A DNA stretch of 36,990 nt from Chiloscyllium plagiosum (GCF_004010195.1 NC_057750.1:3468761-3505750), one strand, 5' to 3'; shown: positions 1 through 12,129, counted from the stretch's first letter. Translations and numbers: made by a program. The notes: generated by a model from the sequence alone, not told the origin.

Positions 1-18
1 AATCTAATCTAATCTAAT
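1..18 (+). repeat. (AATCT)n tail of an HE1-type SINE/LINE starting upstream of the window
   Basis: aatctaatctaatctaat; the same tail ends the SINEs at 6203-6503 and 25752-26056. Confidence 0.6.
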
Positions 19-740
19 CATACAAGTAGGTGCAAAATGAGATCCACCTTGGTCCATTTTGCAGGGTTGGTGCCTGTCCCAGCTTAAAGTGTCCTGCCAG
101 CAGCATTACAATAAAAGGTGCCAAAATGCCTTAGAAAGCAAGGAGGTGCAGATCCACATTGTGAGTCAGAAATGAGACATGGTGGTACAGTGAGGTATAT
201 GTCCCATGCCAATTTCCATGGATGGGGTGCATGTGGTCATTGCCCATGAAGAACGCCCAAAGATGTTGGTAACTGCTTTCCAAAGTGAAGACCTGGAGTC
301 ATCACGGACCCATTTTGACTTTAGTGTCAGAAATTGTCTCCACCTAGTTTCTATTTTGTTAGGTGGCAGAATGGGAAACTGCATCTGAAGTCAATGAGAT
401 TCAGTAATAATATATATCCAAATAGGCATCTTGTCACTCACTAGTGAGGTTCTCATCTCACTGAAAACTTGTTTGGAGAATCTTTTATTTCTCAACATCA
501 AGAATCTCATTTCTGCCTATCTCTCTATTTTTCCAACTGACTTATCAATGCCCATGTTTTTCAGGGGAATATTTGCCCATTAACTTTGTTTCTCAATTCA
601 CAGATGCTGCCAGACCTGCTGAATTTCTCAACACTTTCTGCTTTTATTTATTAAACATTCATTTATGTACAAAGAATTATGCTGACAACAAATTTATGAT
701 TGCCAGTTGGGCTAACAGTGTGGCGCACTTGCATCTAATG

Positions 741-816
741 GAAACTATATATGTTAATACACAAGGGCCCTGTAGCAACAGAAATTACATATGTTAATGC
801 ACAAGGGCCCTGTAGC
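741..816. repeat. Tandem duplication, 40-bp period, about 2 copies
   Basis: gaaactatatatgttaatacacaagggccctgtagc (741) repeated as gaaattacatatgttaatgcacaagggccctgtagc (781). Confidence 0.9.
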
Positions 817-839
817 TCAATAAAGTAGTTGACAGCCAT

Positions 840-1105
840 TTTCTGCCTTGACTAAGCAGTCAATTTGCTTGGTTTAAAATTTAACAAAGCTTGGCAATTA
901 ACTATCAATCATTATTACACCATACTTTTTTTTAAACAAAGCATCTACCAATCTCAGTCAACTTTGCAACCAATCAGCAGTCTCCTTGGCAATCAATCAG
1001 CAATCTTCTCTCAAAGTATAAATGTTGTTTTCTGTTCACTTTGGTAATTCTTACATATTGTCCTGATGAGCACGAGATGAAAATCTAACAATTTTTTTTG
1101 CAATA
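840..1105 (+). mobile_element. Degenerate Penelope-like terminal repeat remnant
   Basis: Two caatcagca repeats and TATAAA, then TTGTC-CTGATGA-GCACGAGAT-GAAA (hammerhead-like core, 1063-1082); boundaries approximate. Confidence 0.45.
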
Positions 1106-1435
1106 GTCAAAGATGTAAGTGTAATGCAAAAAGGTAGAGTTCAGATAGGAGATCAGCTATGATCTTACTGACAGGTAGAACAAGCCAGAAGGACAAAATG
1201 TCCATATCCAGCTCCTATTTTTTATGTTCCTACATAACTATTGTCAAGCAACTTATTGTTGCTAACTGGAATGTTTGATGCTAATACTATTGATCTCACT
1301 TTGTTGAGTACAAAATCTCAAGTGGAGAAGTCGAAGAAATAAATCCAACACAATTTTCATGATTGTAACTGATTGGTAGTGGAATGCTGCAAGCAGAATT
1401 TAAAGTTTTTTTTCAATACTATCTCTGTTTTGCAG

Positions 1436-1617
1436 GAAAGAGAATGTGTCTAGGAGCATCCTTGGCTCGGATGGAACTCTTTCTTTTTTTGACCACTCTG
1501 TTGCAGAACTTTGTCTTCAACTCTATTACTGATCACGAGGATATTGACATATCACCAGCTACTAGTGGGATCCTGGTTAAACCCCATGTGTACAAATTCT
1601 GTGCCATTTCTCGTTAA
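1436..1617 (+). CDS. Cytochrome P450 family 2 (CYP2-like), final coding exon (exon 9 equivalent); earlier exons lie upstream of the window
   Basis: Acceptor tctctgttttgcag| at 1435, phase 1 inside the Gly of the heme motif as in CYP2 genes; (G)KRMCLGASLARMELFLFLTTLLQNF...KFCAISR* with heme Cys TGT at 1447-1449. Confidence 0.93.
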
Positions 1618-1784
1618 ATAAACTAGGATCTTGATAAATAATTTTAACAGATGACACCAGGAAAAGATGATTCACAAACCTAAGTTTAGAATCACAAGAG
1701 CAGTATATTTTGCGTAAAGGAATATTTTTGAGTGCCACGGATCAGTACCTTGTAATGGTGAATATTGTTTTTAAGCAGCCTGTA

Positions 1785-1790
1785 AATAAA
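1785..1790 (+). terminator. Candidate polyadenylation signal of the CYP2 gene
   Basis: AATAAA about 170 nt after the stop, followed by a GT/T-rich tract (gtggttttgttattgtgtt). Confidence 0.5.
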
Positions 1791-1984
1791 AATAGATGAG
1801 AAGTGGTTTTGTTATTGTGTTCCTTTTAATTATTTTTCAATCATCTTTTGAGTTTTGCTGCTAGCACAACTGAATTCATAATTCATGTTTATTTAATCCT
1901 GATTTAATTTTTCTAATATCATTACCACCTGCACCTCATCCTCCATCTTCCTTAAACATTGAATGAGTCCAAATCTTCAGTACC

Positions 1985-2247
1985 TTTTAGTTGGCTGGAT
2001 AGTTGGTTTGCAATGCAGAATGACACCAAAAGTGTGGGTTCAATTCCTGCACTGGATGAGGTTACCATGAAGCACTTTAAAAATTTCAAAACTATACTTG
2101 CTTCATCAAAAATATCTTTGTAGTTCGGTTCTTCTTCTCAGCCTCTCCTCTCACCTGAGGCATGATGACCCTCAGGTTAAATCACCACCAGATGTCTCTC
2201 TCTCTCTAATGAAAGAGCAGCCCTATGGTCTGGGTGACTTTACCTTT
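1985..2247 (+). mobile_element. tRNA-derived SINE (non-HE1 family), interrupted
   Basis: B-box-like GGTTCAATTCC at 2037-2047; head region matches the reverse-oriented copy at about 19590-19695. Confidence 0.6.
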
Positions 2248-3101
2248 GCTCAAAATAACAGACTTTAGTCACTCAGAAATTATAACTTGACACTTTTTTT
2301 TCTAGCTATTTTCTGAAAAATAAATTTTGCCACTTTTAAAATGCCACAAAATCACTATCATGGAATATTATTCAAAAGGAGGGTTCAGTATTTCAAGGAC
2401 GAGGCCATACTGTCTTTGGTCCTGCTTTCAAAAATCATTTGTTTCAATTGCTGATTTGTGGCTTTTGTGGAAAAAAATGAAATAGTGGAATAAAATTAGC
2501 TGTGGTAAGAATCCTGTACTCCCATTTACATTGAACATAATTTTTCTATTTAGTTATTATAAACCATGAAGTTCCTGTAAACTGTGAAGAGTGAATATTT
2601 AGATTCCTCTGGTATGACCATCTGGCTGGTCTCTTTGAGTATCACTAAAAGACTGAAAATCCTCAGATCTCATAGATATTTGCGACCTAGGACACAGCTT
2701 CAACTATTAGATCCACCCAGCTTTTCACATTTTTATGTAGGAATGTTGGGTTCACCAGTAGCTTGAGTTACAAAGCCACATGATGACAATCAGGCCTTTT
2801 TCTGGGTTGTCAGGTTTTTTTTTCAGCTTACGTTTTGCAAGTTTTCTAAGTTGCCACATGCATTTCCCGAAATGGAACAAAACAGGCGCACAAGCACCAC
2901 AAGGTGACTCATTTCCTGGCTCAGAGTTTCCCTATATTTCTGATCTGTACAAATAGTCTGAACAGCAACTCCCTTCAACAATCATGGACTTGTTTCACTG
3001 AACGGCTTTGTTGCTTCTTCAATTGAGTTGTTAATTCTTCTGATTTAAGCAAAGTAAAGGCTCAGTTGTTCTGGTGGATCTTTAGTAGTGCCAAGCATTG
3101 C

Positions 3102-3111
3102 TATTTATAAA
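3102..3111 (+). promoter_or_regulatory. TATA-like box upstream of the CYP2 exon-1-like remnant
   Basis: TATTTATAAA about 125 bp upstream of a strong-Kozak ATG (tcaccATGG, 3236). Confidence 0.4.
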
Positions 3112-3235
3112 GTGAACTGTGCTTTAACTTGGTGAAAATTATTTTTTCTTCATCACCAGCACACAGCTGTCTGTGTATTAATACCAGATTACAGTCTTTA
3201 TTGTTCCAACTGGATTTTTTCTGCATTCCATCACC

Positions 3236-3400
3236 ATGGATTTAAATAACCCAGAAATAACCCTACTTTATAGTCTTTTAGGTGTTCTGCTCATTATGTG
3301 GTTTCTTAAAAACAGACAACCAGAGAAAGGCAGGCTCCCAATTCTTGGTAATATGTTCCAAATGGATAGGAAAGCATCTCACAAGTCTCTCATAAGATAA
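3236..3400 (+). pseudogene. CYP2 pseudogene, exon-1-like segment (signal anchor); 54-codon ORF ending in TAA
   Basis: MDLNNPEITLLYSLLGVLLIMWFLKNRQPEKGRLPILGNMFQMDRKASHKSLIR*: hydrophobic anchor, basic stretch, LPILGN motif and HKSL exon end typical of CYP2; PPGP motif absent; expected donor reads ATAAG instead of GTAAG. Confidence 0.8.
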
Positions 3401-3990
3401 GGTATGCATCATTCTTTTTCATTTGCTAAATACTGTAAAATGTCTACTTTTCAATGTTTTGCCCTCCTGTAAGAGCCTTAACTCAGCCTGAAGTACAAAC
3501 TCATGGTGTCTGGATGCTCTGGGATTCTCATACAAAAACCTATTCTGAAGCTTTTAGGGTGAATTCATAAGTGTCAGTAATCTACTGAAAGGAGACTCAC
3601 AGCCAAACCAAATATTATCTTTAACCAATATCCAAACATGTTTTTGTTTCAGGTAATGTTACTTACAGTGTTCAGAAATAAAGATTAGTTGAATTAATTT
3701 TCTACCTTGTCCTGGAGGCAGTGAGATTTTTGGTAGTGTTCCGATCACGTAGACTAAGACTACCTGATATGGACAGTCCAATGACAGAACTTTGTACCAT
3801 CCTGTGTCCCTATGACCCAGATATCTGCTCATTTCTCTGTATCTTAAAGATGGCACCATAAGACAAGCAGGAGTGTCAGGATTTCAAAGAAAATCTAAAA
3901 CTTAATGCCAACTTGAACTGAACACACCGAATTCCAGTTTTAACACAATGCAGCAAACAAATTTCAAATTTTTTTTGATAAATCTTCCAG

Positions 3991-4130
3991 GAAAGAGAAT
4001 CTATCCAGGAGAGTCTCTTGCTTGAATGGAACTCCTTTTTTTGACCATTCTGCTGCAGAACTTTCTCTTCAACCCTGTTATCAACTGAAAGGAAATTCAT
4101 ATCTCACTGATTAGAAGTGGTTTATTGGCT
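3991..4130 (+). pseudogene. CYP2 pseudogene, degenerate exon-9 copy
   Basis: cttccag|(G)KRIYPGESLA*MELLFLTILLQNFLFNPVIN*KEIHISLIRSGLLA aligns to the 1436 exon; heme Cys changed to Tyr (TAT 4002-4004), stops at 4023 and 4086. Confidence 0.9.
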
Positions 4131-4734
4131 GGTGGGGCAAAACACCTTAAAATTTAAATAATGATGTTTATTTAATCAGTTTAAACTAAATTACATTTAT
4201 TCACTCCATGTTCGTAATCACAGCTTAAACAGTACTGATATTTTCCAAAATAAATAATGTAGAATTTATTCATTTCAACTGATTACTGAATGGCATAATG
4301 CAATAAACAGGTCCTAATTTGTAATTTAGAAAGCAAGCACTGTGTACAGCAGTAGCTAAAGCAATTTCATTAAAATACACACATTCTTTTATTGATTTTA
4401 AAACTCAGAAGATTGTGAAAGTTGTATGTAGCTTTTCCTTTACCAATTTCTAACAGTGCCTGAATCACCTGAGACACAGACTTGCTTGGTATGGAACTTA
4501 AATATACAGATCAGCAAGAGCCTGTGAAGAGCTAAGTTATTTTAACAGTAAAGTTATTAATACTGGCTTCACTGGTGGAAGGATGGGGCAATAGAGATCG
4601 GAAGAGGTGGGGGAAAAATTCTTGCTCCTCGCCACTACTCAGGGACTGATATTGCAACTGATGTCAGGACATAGTAAGAGCAGTATCACACTATATTGAT
4701 TCTTTTCATAACAGAACAAACTGACAGGATTTTT

Positions 4735-4740
4735 TTTATT
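4735..4740 (-). terminator. Candidate ALKBH6 polyadenylation signal
   Basis: AATAAA on the minus strand about 140 nt after the stop; alternatives at 4388-4393 and 4265-4270. Confidence 0.4.
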
Positions 4741-4876
4741 GTGTGAGGAAAATCCATTGAAAGAGGTACCAATACAGAGGTACATCTCCAACTATATTCT
4801 ATGAAATAAGCTAGATTTTCAGGAAGGAGACAAATAAAATGGTACTACAATCTATTTAAATGAAATAAAAATGCCA

Positions 4877-5146
4877 TTACTTCCTCCCCAGCAATATCTT
4901 GGTTTTTAAAACCTTTGGCACATAACGAATAGTCAGGGATATTCTTGTAGTTCTTTTTAAAACCGCTCCAAGTTTTGCATTACATGATTTTAGGTTGGCA
5001 ACCTTCTCTGTGACAATGTCCTCTCTCACTGGCCTGATGCCATGCAGATACTTCACATACATGTCATCTTGCAGCATCAGAAGGCTACGTGGTTCAAGAA
5101 GAAGAGACAGAAGATAACGGGTTTCTTCGGTCTGAGGAGAATAAAC
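4877..5146 (-). CDS. ALKBH6: ALKBH6 coding exon 6 (last)
   Basis: ttttacag|VYSPQTEETRYLLSLLLEPRSLLMLQDDMYVKYLHGI...RTTRISLTIRYVPKVLKTKILLGRK*; 270 nt, phase 0; distal iron-binding His and RxxxxxR. Confidence 0.95.
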   Translation of the reverse strand, partial: VYSPQTEETRYLLSLLLEPRSLLMLQDDMYVKYLHGIRPVREDIVTEKVANLKSCNAKLGAVLKRTTRISLTIRYVPKVLKTKILLGRK

Positions 5147-5254
5147 CTGTAAAAAGATGGTGGAGGAATAATGTAAGATGCAATGTGAAGGAAACTTATT
5201 GTCTATTTCTTTTCCCCCTGCAATCTTCTCCTACTTCTCCCAATGAGTCAAAAG

Positions 5255-5345
5255 TGCATCCGAGGAGCAGGAGAGTCGATGTTTCGAGCATACCCTCTTC
5301 ATCAGGAATGTCCTGCATCTGCAGTCCTGACGTTCTCCTACCTCT
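5255..5345 (-). mobile_element. Short PLE terminal-repeat remnant with hammerhead-like motif
   Basis: gcatccgagga...tcgatgtttcgagcataccctcttcatcaggaat matches 36868-36922; minus strand reads CUGAUGA-A-GAG-GGUAUG-CUC-GAAAC-AUC. Confidence 0.7.
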
Positions 5346-5629
5346 GCTAATGGACTGACTTTCTTTTGGACACATATCTGGTTCTACTGGTATCAGTGTT
5401 TCATCAAACTGATAAATTCATATATGAGGCAGTATCGTGAGCAGCAACACTCTAATTCATGAGAACTTTATTCTCTTCAAAGGCACAAAATTTCAGAGAA
5501 TCCAGATAGAAATCCCAACTGAATGAACAATGAAATCTGAGATCAACTTGGCCTTTTTTTTAATAAATTCACCTGAACCAATGGCTAAACTATGACAAGT
5601 AGGAAAGTTTACAAGTGAACTTCAATTTG

Positions 5630-7470
5630 TTAACTATGTCCAGGAGGGCTTTTTTGAAACCATATGTAGATAGTCGAATGAGAAAGAGGCCAAACTGCCA
5701 CTGGTGTTGGGAAATGAACACAGCCAGGCGATCAAAGTTTCAGTGGGGGGGGGGGGAGGGTGTTGGTAGGAATGCATTTTGGGAATAGTGATCACATTTT
5801 TGGATATTTACACATAAGGACAAGGCTGGACCTTGTATGAAGGTATTAAATTGTTGGAAAGCTAACTATAAGCAAATTAGGCAAGAATTGGAGAATGTGG
5901 ATTGGGAGAGGTTGTTTGAGAGTAAATCCACATCTGACATTTGGGAGTCTTTTAAGGACCGGTTGATTAGAGTGCAGGATTTGGGAACCACGGATGATAG
6001 GGGTAATTATCAACTGAATTAAAAAAGGGAAGCATACCTAAGGTCCTTGCAACTAAAAATAAAGTCCTTAAAGAAGACAGAAGTAGAAAGGAGCTCAAAT
6101 GGGGAGTTAGGGGGGTTAAATGGGGCTATGAAATGTTCTTGGCCAGCTGTGTTAAGGAGAATCCCAAGGTATTTTACACATATATTAGAAGAAAGAGGGT
6201 AAGGGGCGACATGGTGGCTCAGTGGTTAGCACTGCTGCCTCACAGCACCAGGGTCCCAGATTCGATTCCAGCCTCGGGCGACTGCCTGTGTGGAGTTTGC
6301 ACATTCTCCCTGTGTCTGCGTGGGTTTCCTCCGGGTGCTCCGATTTCCTCCGACAATCCAAACATGTGCAGGTCAGGTAAATAGCCATGCTAAGTTGCCC
6401 CTTGTGTTAGGTGCATTAGTCAGAGGGAAATGGGTCTGGGTTGGTGTGGACTGGTTGGGCCAAAGGGCATGTTTCCACACTGTAGGGAATCTAATCTAAT
6501 CTAAACTAGGGAAAGAGTAGGCCCACTCAAGGATAAAGAAGAGAGGTTATATGTGGAGCCAGAGGAAATGGGTAAAGTCCTTAATGAGTAATGAGATGTT
6601 ATGGTTAGGGAAAGGCGTGTGAATACTCTCAGGTAAGTCAGCATAATGAAGCAGGAAGTGTTGGGTATCTTGAAATGCATTAAGGTAGATAAGTCCATAG
6701 GGCCAAATGGAATCACAGGGTCATTGAGTAGGATCTATCCCAGGCAACAGTGGGAAGCAAGGAAGCAAATAGTTGGTATCTTAACAGATATCTTTACGTC
6801 CAGTCTGCTCTCAGGTGAAATTCCAGAGGAATGGAGAATGGGCCAATGTTGTTCCTTTGTTTAAGGAGGGAAACCAAGATAATTCAGTTAATTACAAACC
6901 AGTAAGGCTGATGTCAGTGATGGGGAAGCTGCTGGAGCAGATATTGAGAGACAGGATTTATTCACATTTAGAACCAAATTGACTTGTTAGTTACAGGCAG
7001 CCTGGGTTTGCGTGGGGAAAATCATATCTCACCAACTTGATTGAGTTTTTTTGAGAAGAGATTGACTGTGTTGGGCCTGTACTCACTGGAACTTAGAAGA
7101 ATGAGAATGAAAAATGACCTGTTGAAGCATACAAGATTCTTAGGAGACTTTACAGGGTAGATGCGGAAAGGTTGTTTGCCCTTGTGAGAAAGTCTAGGAC
7201 ATGAGGTATAGTGTCACAATAAGAGGTTGCAGCTTTAAGTCAGAGATGAGAAAGAATTTCTTCTCTGAGGGTAATGAATCTGTAGAATTATTTAAAAGGT
7301 CATTGAGGCTGGGTCATTGAGCATGAGATAGATAGAACTTTTTAAACAGCAAAAAAATCCAGTGGAATGAGGAAAAGGCAGGAAAGTGGAGTTGAGAATT
7401 ATCAAATTAGCAATGATCTCATAGACTGGCAGAGCAGACTCAGAGGGCTTAATGACCTACTTCTGCTCCC
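5630..7470 (+). mobile_element. Degraded CR1-type LINE fragment(s)
   Basis: ORF2-like peptides WKANYKQIRQELENVDW and LKCIKVDKSIGPNG, plus a CR1 3' end; many stops and deletions; interrupted by an HE1 SINE. Confidence 0.85.
6203..6503 (+). mobile_element. HE1-type tRNA-derived SINE nested in CR1
   Basis: A box TGGCTCAGTGG, B box GATTCGATTCC, core GTGTGGAGTTTGCACATTCTCCC, (AATCT)n tail; the flanks rejoin as CR1 aagagggtaa|actagggaaagag. Confidence 0.9.
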
Positions 7471-8816
7471 ACCCAAAAGTAATGACAGATTAATTTGCTC
7501 ATTGATATGCACACCAGCTTATCACTACTTCACTCAATCCCTCCACGGTCTCCAATTTGTCATCTGCTCATCTAACAGCTAGTTTTGAATGAGAAGTTTC
7601 TTCCAATTAAAGATTGAAAAGTCTGAAGGCAGTGTCTTCTCACACCACCACAAACATAACTTTCTAGCCAAAGGCTCGATCGTTTTCTCTGGCCACAGTA
7701 AAGCTGAATCAGACTGTTCAGAACTTTGGCATCCTTCATGCTGACTTGAGCTTCCAATCTCACATTTGCCTTATCACCAAAACCGTTTGCTTACACTTCA
7801 ACACATTTCCCAACTATGTTCCTAATTCAGTCCATCTATTGCTGAAAGCTTTGTCTAATGGTCCTCAAGAAAGATGCTAGGTAGTGTAACAGCCCTCAAT
7901 AAAAAGTGAATGAAAAGAATTGCTGACATTCAATCAAAGGGATGCAACTTGGAGGAACATTCAAGAAGGCAGCTCATGATATCACACATGACAGTCAAAA
8001 AGAGTCAAAGTTGTCAAGAGAGATGCGGAGGCAAGAGATGAACAACTCAGGTCTCTCTTTAAATGGGACAGCAATATTTCTTCAACAAACAATCTACTTC
8101 CTGCTTTACTCAAGCAATTGTAAAAAAAATTGGGTGTTTGAAAAATATTTTACATGTTGAAAGTTAATAGAACATGTCATGTTTCACAACTGGCTGTACA
8201 GGGAAAATGATAAGCACCATTTAAAACAAAACTGAATAAGTATTTTAAAGACTGGAAAAGAATTCAGAAAAAGAGCTGAGAAATAAATTTCCAAGCTCTA
8301 GATGAAGCATTGGAACCAGTACTGACATGATTGGCTAAGTAATGCTTCTTTGACATCCATTTTATATTTAAATAAACGCTCAGACTGGTACTTCTGTGGG
8401 TTATCTTGGGTAATTCAAGAAGCAAGTGATTTAGCCCTTATTATATCTCTGTTGCATGTATCTGATTATGCTGATATCCTACATTAATCACTTTATTGTC
8501 ACAGCTAGACTGAACAGAAGATTGACTTTATCCATGGAGTTTTCATAAATGTTTTGTTTTCACTTTCCAGCCAGGGCTTCCCCATACTGGGCAACATCTG
8601 CTCAGGCCAGCAATGACGAAAATGATAGCTGTGCAGTAGAAATGGGCTGAGAATTCTCCTATTTACAGCCAAGATGATGGCTACAACATCAGTGCAATCC
8701 ATCATTAATTATACCTTCAGAGGTAACCAGCAGATACATTTTTCTAGAAGAACCTTCATACTCCTTTTCCATTCATTGAGTCATGTTGCACAATTCCCCC
8801 AACAACACTCTTGTCA

Positions 8817-9029
<213 letters not shown>

Positions 9030-9732
9030 CTATAAAGACAAGAGTCTGATTTCAATTGACAGCTTGATAATTTGAACAAGGATTGTTATGCTTACTTGTC
9101 ATGATAAAACTTTGCATTTGTGTCACACCTTTAATATAGAAGAATGTTCCAAAGGCTGTCAGGTAAAATAGCTAATGTTAATCAGTGCTTTTCTTAAAAC
9201 TAAATTTAATACTCTGTCCAATATTTAGATTACATCTTAAATTTTTATTTATAATGCTGTGAACAGAAGCGTGAAGGGGAGGAGAATGAGATAGGTGGAG
9301 ACTGGAGAGAACAAGAGAATGAAGAGTAATTTGCCAGCAGTTTGCATTTATACAGCACATTCAAAGTAAATTCTTCCAAGAAGTTTCACAATTAAATTAA
9401 CAAAGAAAATGAGTCAGTATGAGAGATATTAAGGAAGAAATAAACCAGCAGAGATAACAGAAATAAATTAAAAATAAAAGAGCAAAATGAGCATGAAATG
9501 ATAGAGGATGGAAGAAGAGAGCTGGAGAGAAACAGAGTGTAAAAGAGAAAGCAAGTACAAGAGTATAAGAGTGGAAAAAGATAGATGGCAGATACTTTCC
9601 AGCATCATCTGCATTCCCTGAATTGTTTTATTGAGCAGTGTTACTGGTCTATTTATAATAATTAAACTTAAGGGATTCAGACAAACTATAATTATTATCA
9701 TTGTTCAATAAAAGCCAATTATTATTGTATTA

Positions 9733-9903
<171 letters not shown>

Positions 9904-9992
9904 TCAGGAAAACTGACTAACAATAACCACAATTGTACAAAATTCAATTTTCATATAAAAATGGAAAGAATTGTGGATGCTGGAAATCAGAA

Positions 9993-10064
9993 ATGAAAAC
10001 AAATATTGCTGGAAAAATTCAACTCAGATCTGAGTTGAGCCTTTCCAGCAACTTCAATTTTCAT
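9993..10064. repeat. Inverted repeat/hairpin (collapsed PLE-type termini)
   Basis: Perfect 20-bp palindrome tcaactcagatctgagttga (10019-10038) with outer arms ttgctggaaa/tttccagcaa and atgaaaa/ttttcat. Confidence 0.8.
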
Positions 10065-10726
10065 ACATTATTTTCTTCCTCATTCTCTAAAGGCACTTAC
10101 TCATTACTTACAGATCAAATTCTATAACAACATTGCATCATCTAAATTCTATAACTCTCACCATCATAGCTTAAACATAAGATGGAATCTTCCTAGCCCC
10201 TGAATGATGTGGATATTGGTGAATTAGTTGGGAAAATATGGCAAGGTTGGTAGAAATTTGTTTCTCAATATTGAGAAAAGCAAAACTGATACTGCTATTA
10301 AAATTTGAACAGCTAGATGAGAATCCTGCTGGTGAGTGCCAAGAAGTCTCTTTGCATGCATTAGCTTGCCATTACTACCCAATCTCACTAAACTGATGTG
10401 CAATTTCCAATTCTCCCACATGCCAGAGATAAACTAGACAGTCAGAATTCATGACATGGAAGTCAGAACGGGTACCTGGCAACCTCAGCTCACTGCTTGT
10501 TCCTCTGGAGCTTCATCTTGGACAGCAATCACCACATTTCATGGCAATGCTCCTTGGGCAGTAACCGCCCGCACACCTTGTCTGTGAGGGTGGCATAGGA
10601 CATGCACTACTATCACTACATCTTCATGACACGTTACAACCCCACTTGCAATACAGTTCTGCATTTCAATCCTGCATTCTAGAAGGCACTAATACCTTTC
10701 ACTGTCCTGGCAGCAGCATTACACTT

Positions 10727-12075
10727 TGATTGATTGATTTATTGTCACATGTACCTAAGTACAGTGAAAAGCTTTGTTTACGAGCAGTACACGCAGCTCA
10801 TAGCAAGCAAGGACATACAGATCATGGGGTGAACAAAACACTTGGATAGAGGTATACAGACAAAACATTGCACAGATCTTACTGATGTTGATCTTGCCTA
10901 GTAAGATCAGCATTATTTACAGTCCTTTTGTCAGTCTAATAATGGCAGGGAAGAAGCTGTTTTTGAACTTGCTGGTGTGTGTGTTCAAGTTTCTGCAACT
11001 TCTGTCTGACGGAAGAGGTTGTAGGAGAGCATTGCTGGGGTGTGTTGGGTCTTGGAGGATGTTGGCAGCCTTTCCAGGGCAACGGGCTGTATAAATGGAG
11101 TCCGTGGATGGAAGGTTGGCTTCCATGATGGTCTGGGCTGTTCACATAACCTTCTGTAGCTTTTTACGGTGCTGGGCACAGAAGTTGCCATAACAGGCCA
11201 TTATGTACTCGGACAATATGCTTTCAGTGGTGCAGCTGCAAAAGTTGGTGAGGGCACTTGTGGATACGCCAAATTTCCTGAGCTAAGGATGAAGAGGTGT
11301 TGTTGTGCCTTCTTGATCGTTGCACCTACGTGGAAAGTCCAGGACAGGTTGTTGGTTATTGTCACTCCTAGGAACTTACACTCTCCATGCTCTCAACCTC
11401 AGCTCTATTGATGCAGATGGGGGCATGTTCTCCCTTCTTTCTGAAGTTAACAATCAGTTCTTTCGTTTTGCTGATGTTGAGAAGGAGGTTGTTCTCATAG
11501 CACCATGTCACCAAGCCCTCTTTCTCCTTTATGCATTCTGACCCGTCATTATTTGATACCCATCCTACCACAGTGGTATCATCAGCAAACTTGTAGATGG
11601 CATTTGTTTGGAATTCGGCAACAATCATGTGTGTACAGGGCAGTAGTCATTAAGGCACGATGCATATGCTTTCTTAGGTACTGGGATGATGGTGGTATTC
11701 TTGAAGTAGATGGGGAATTCAGCTTGTTGGAATAAGAGGTCAAAGATGTTGGTGAATACCTCCGCCAGTTGGTCCATACAAGATATGAGTGCTTGGCTGG
11801 TGACTCCATCCGGCCCATCGCTTTCCTTGGGTTGACTCCCAAGAAGACCAATCTGACGTTTGCAGCAGTGACAGTTGGCACAGGTGCATCCAGGGCTGTC
11901 GGGGAAGGTTGCACCACACTGCAGGCATTCTATTTGAACTGAGCATAGAAAGCATTGAACACATCAGGGAGGGATGTATCTTTGTTCGCTATCTTGCTCT
12001 GCTTCATTTTGCATCCCGTAATGTTGTTTAGGCCTTGCCACAGGTGGCAGGAGTAGTATGGTTGATCTAGGCCTT
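10727..12075 (-). mobile_element. Rex1/Babar-like non-LTR retrotransposon fragment
   Basis: RT peptide IYKFADDTTVVG...WCYENNLLLNISKTKELIVNFRK; C-terminal HTSKFKNSFFPAIIRL; (GATT)n tail at 10727-10740. Confidence 0.8.
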
Positions 12076-12129
12076 TATATTTGTCTGGTACTGCCTTTGG
12101 CATCACTGATGGCTTTGTAGAAGTCATAC

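Noticed and set aside
741..816. Direct repeats as a CRISPR-like array
   Set aside because: Two adjacent copies with no unique spacers, in a vertebrate context without cas genes
3760..3825. Possible CYP2 exon-2 remnant (TILCPYD resembling VVLCGYD)
   Set aside because: Too short, with no consistent frame or splice sites
5744..5760. Poly-G run as a G-quadruplex element
   Set aside because: Homopolymer expansion inside a decayed CR1, possibly a sequencing artefact
6203..6280. tRNA-like A/B boxes as a tRNA gene
   Set aside because: SINE head followed by SINE body and tail; no complete cloverleaf evident
6133..6499. Recurrent ORFs MVAQWLALLPH… (also near 20032 and 25754)
   Set aside because: Translations of HE1 SINE copies, not a protein family
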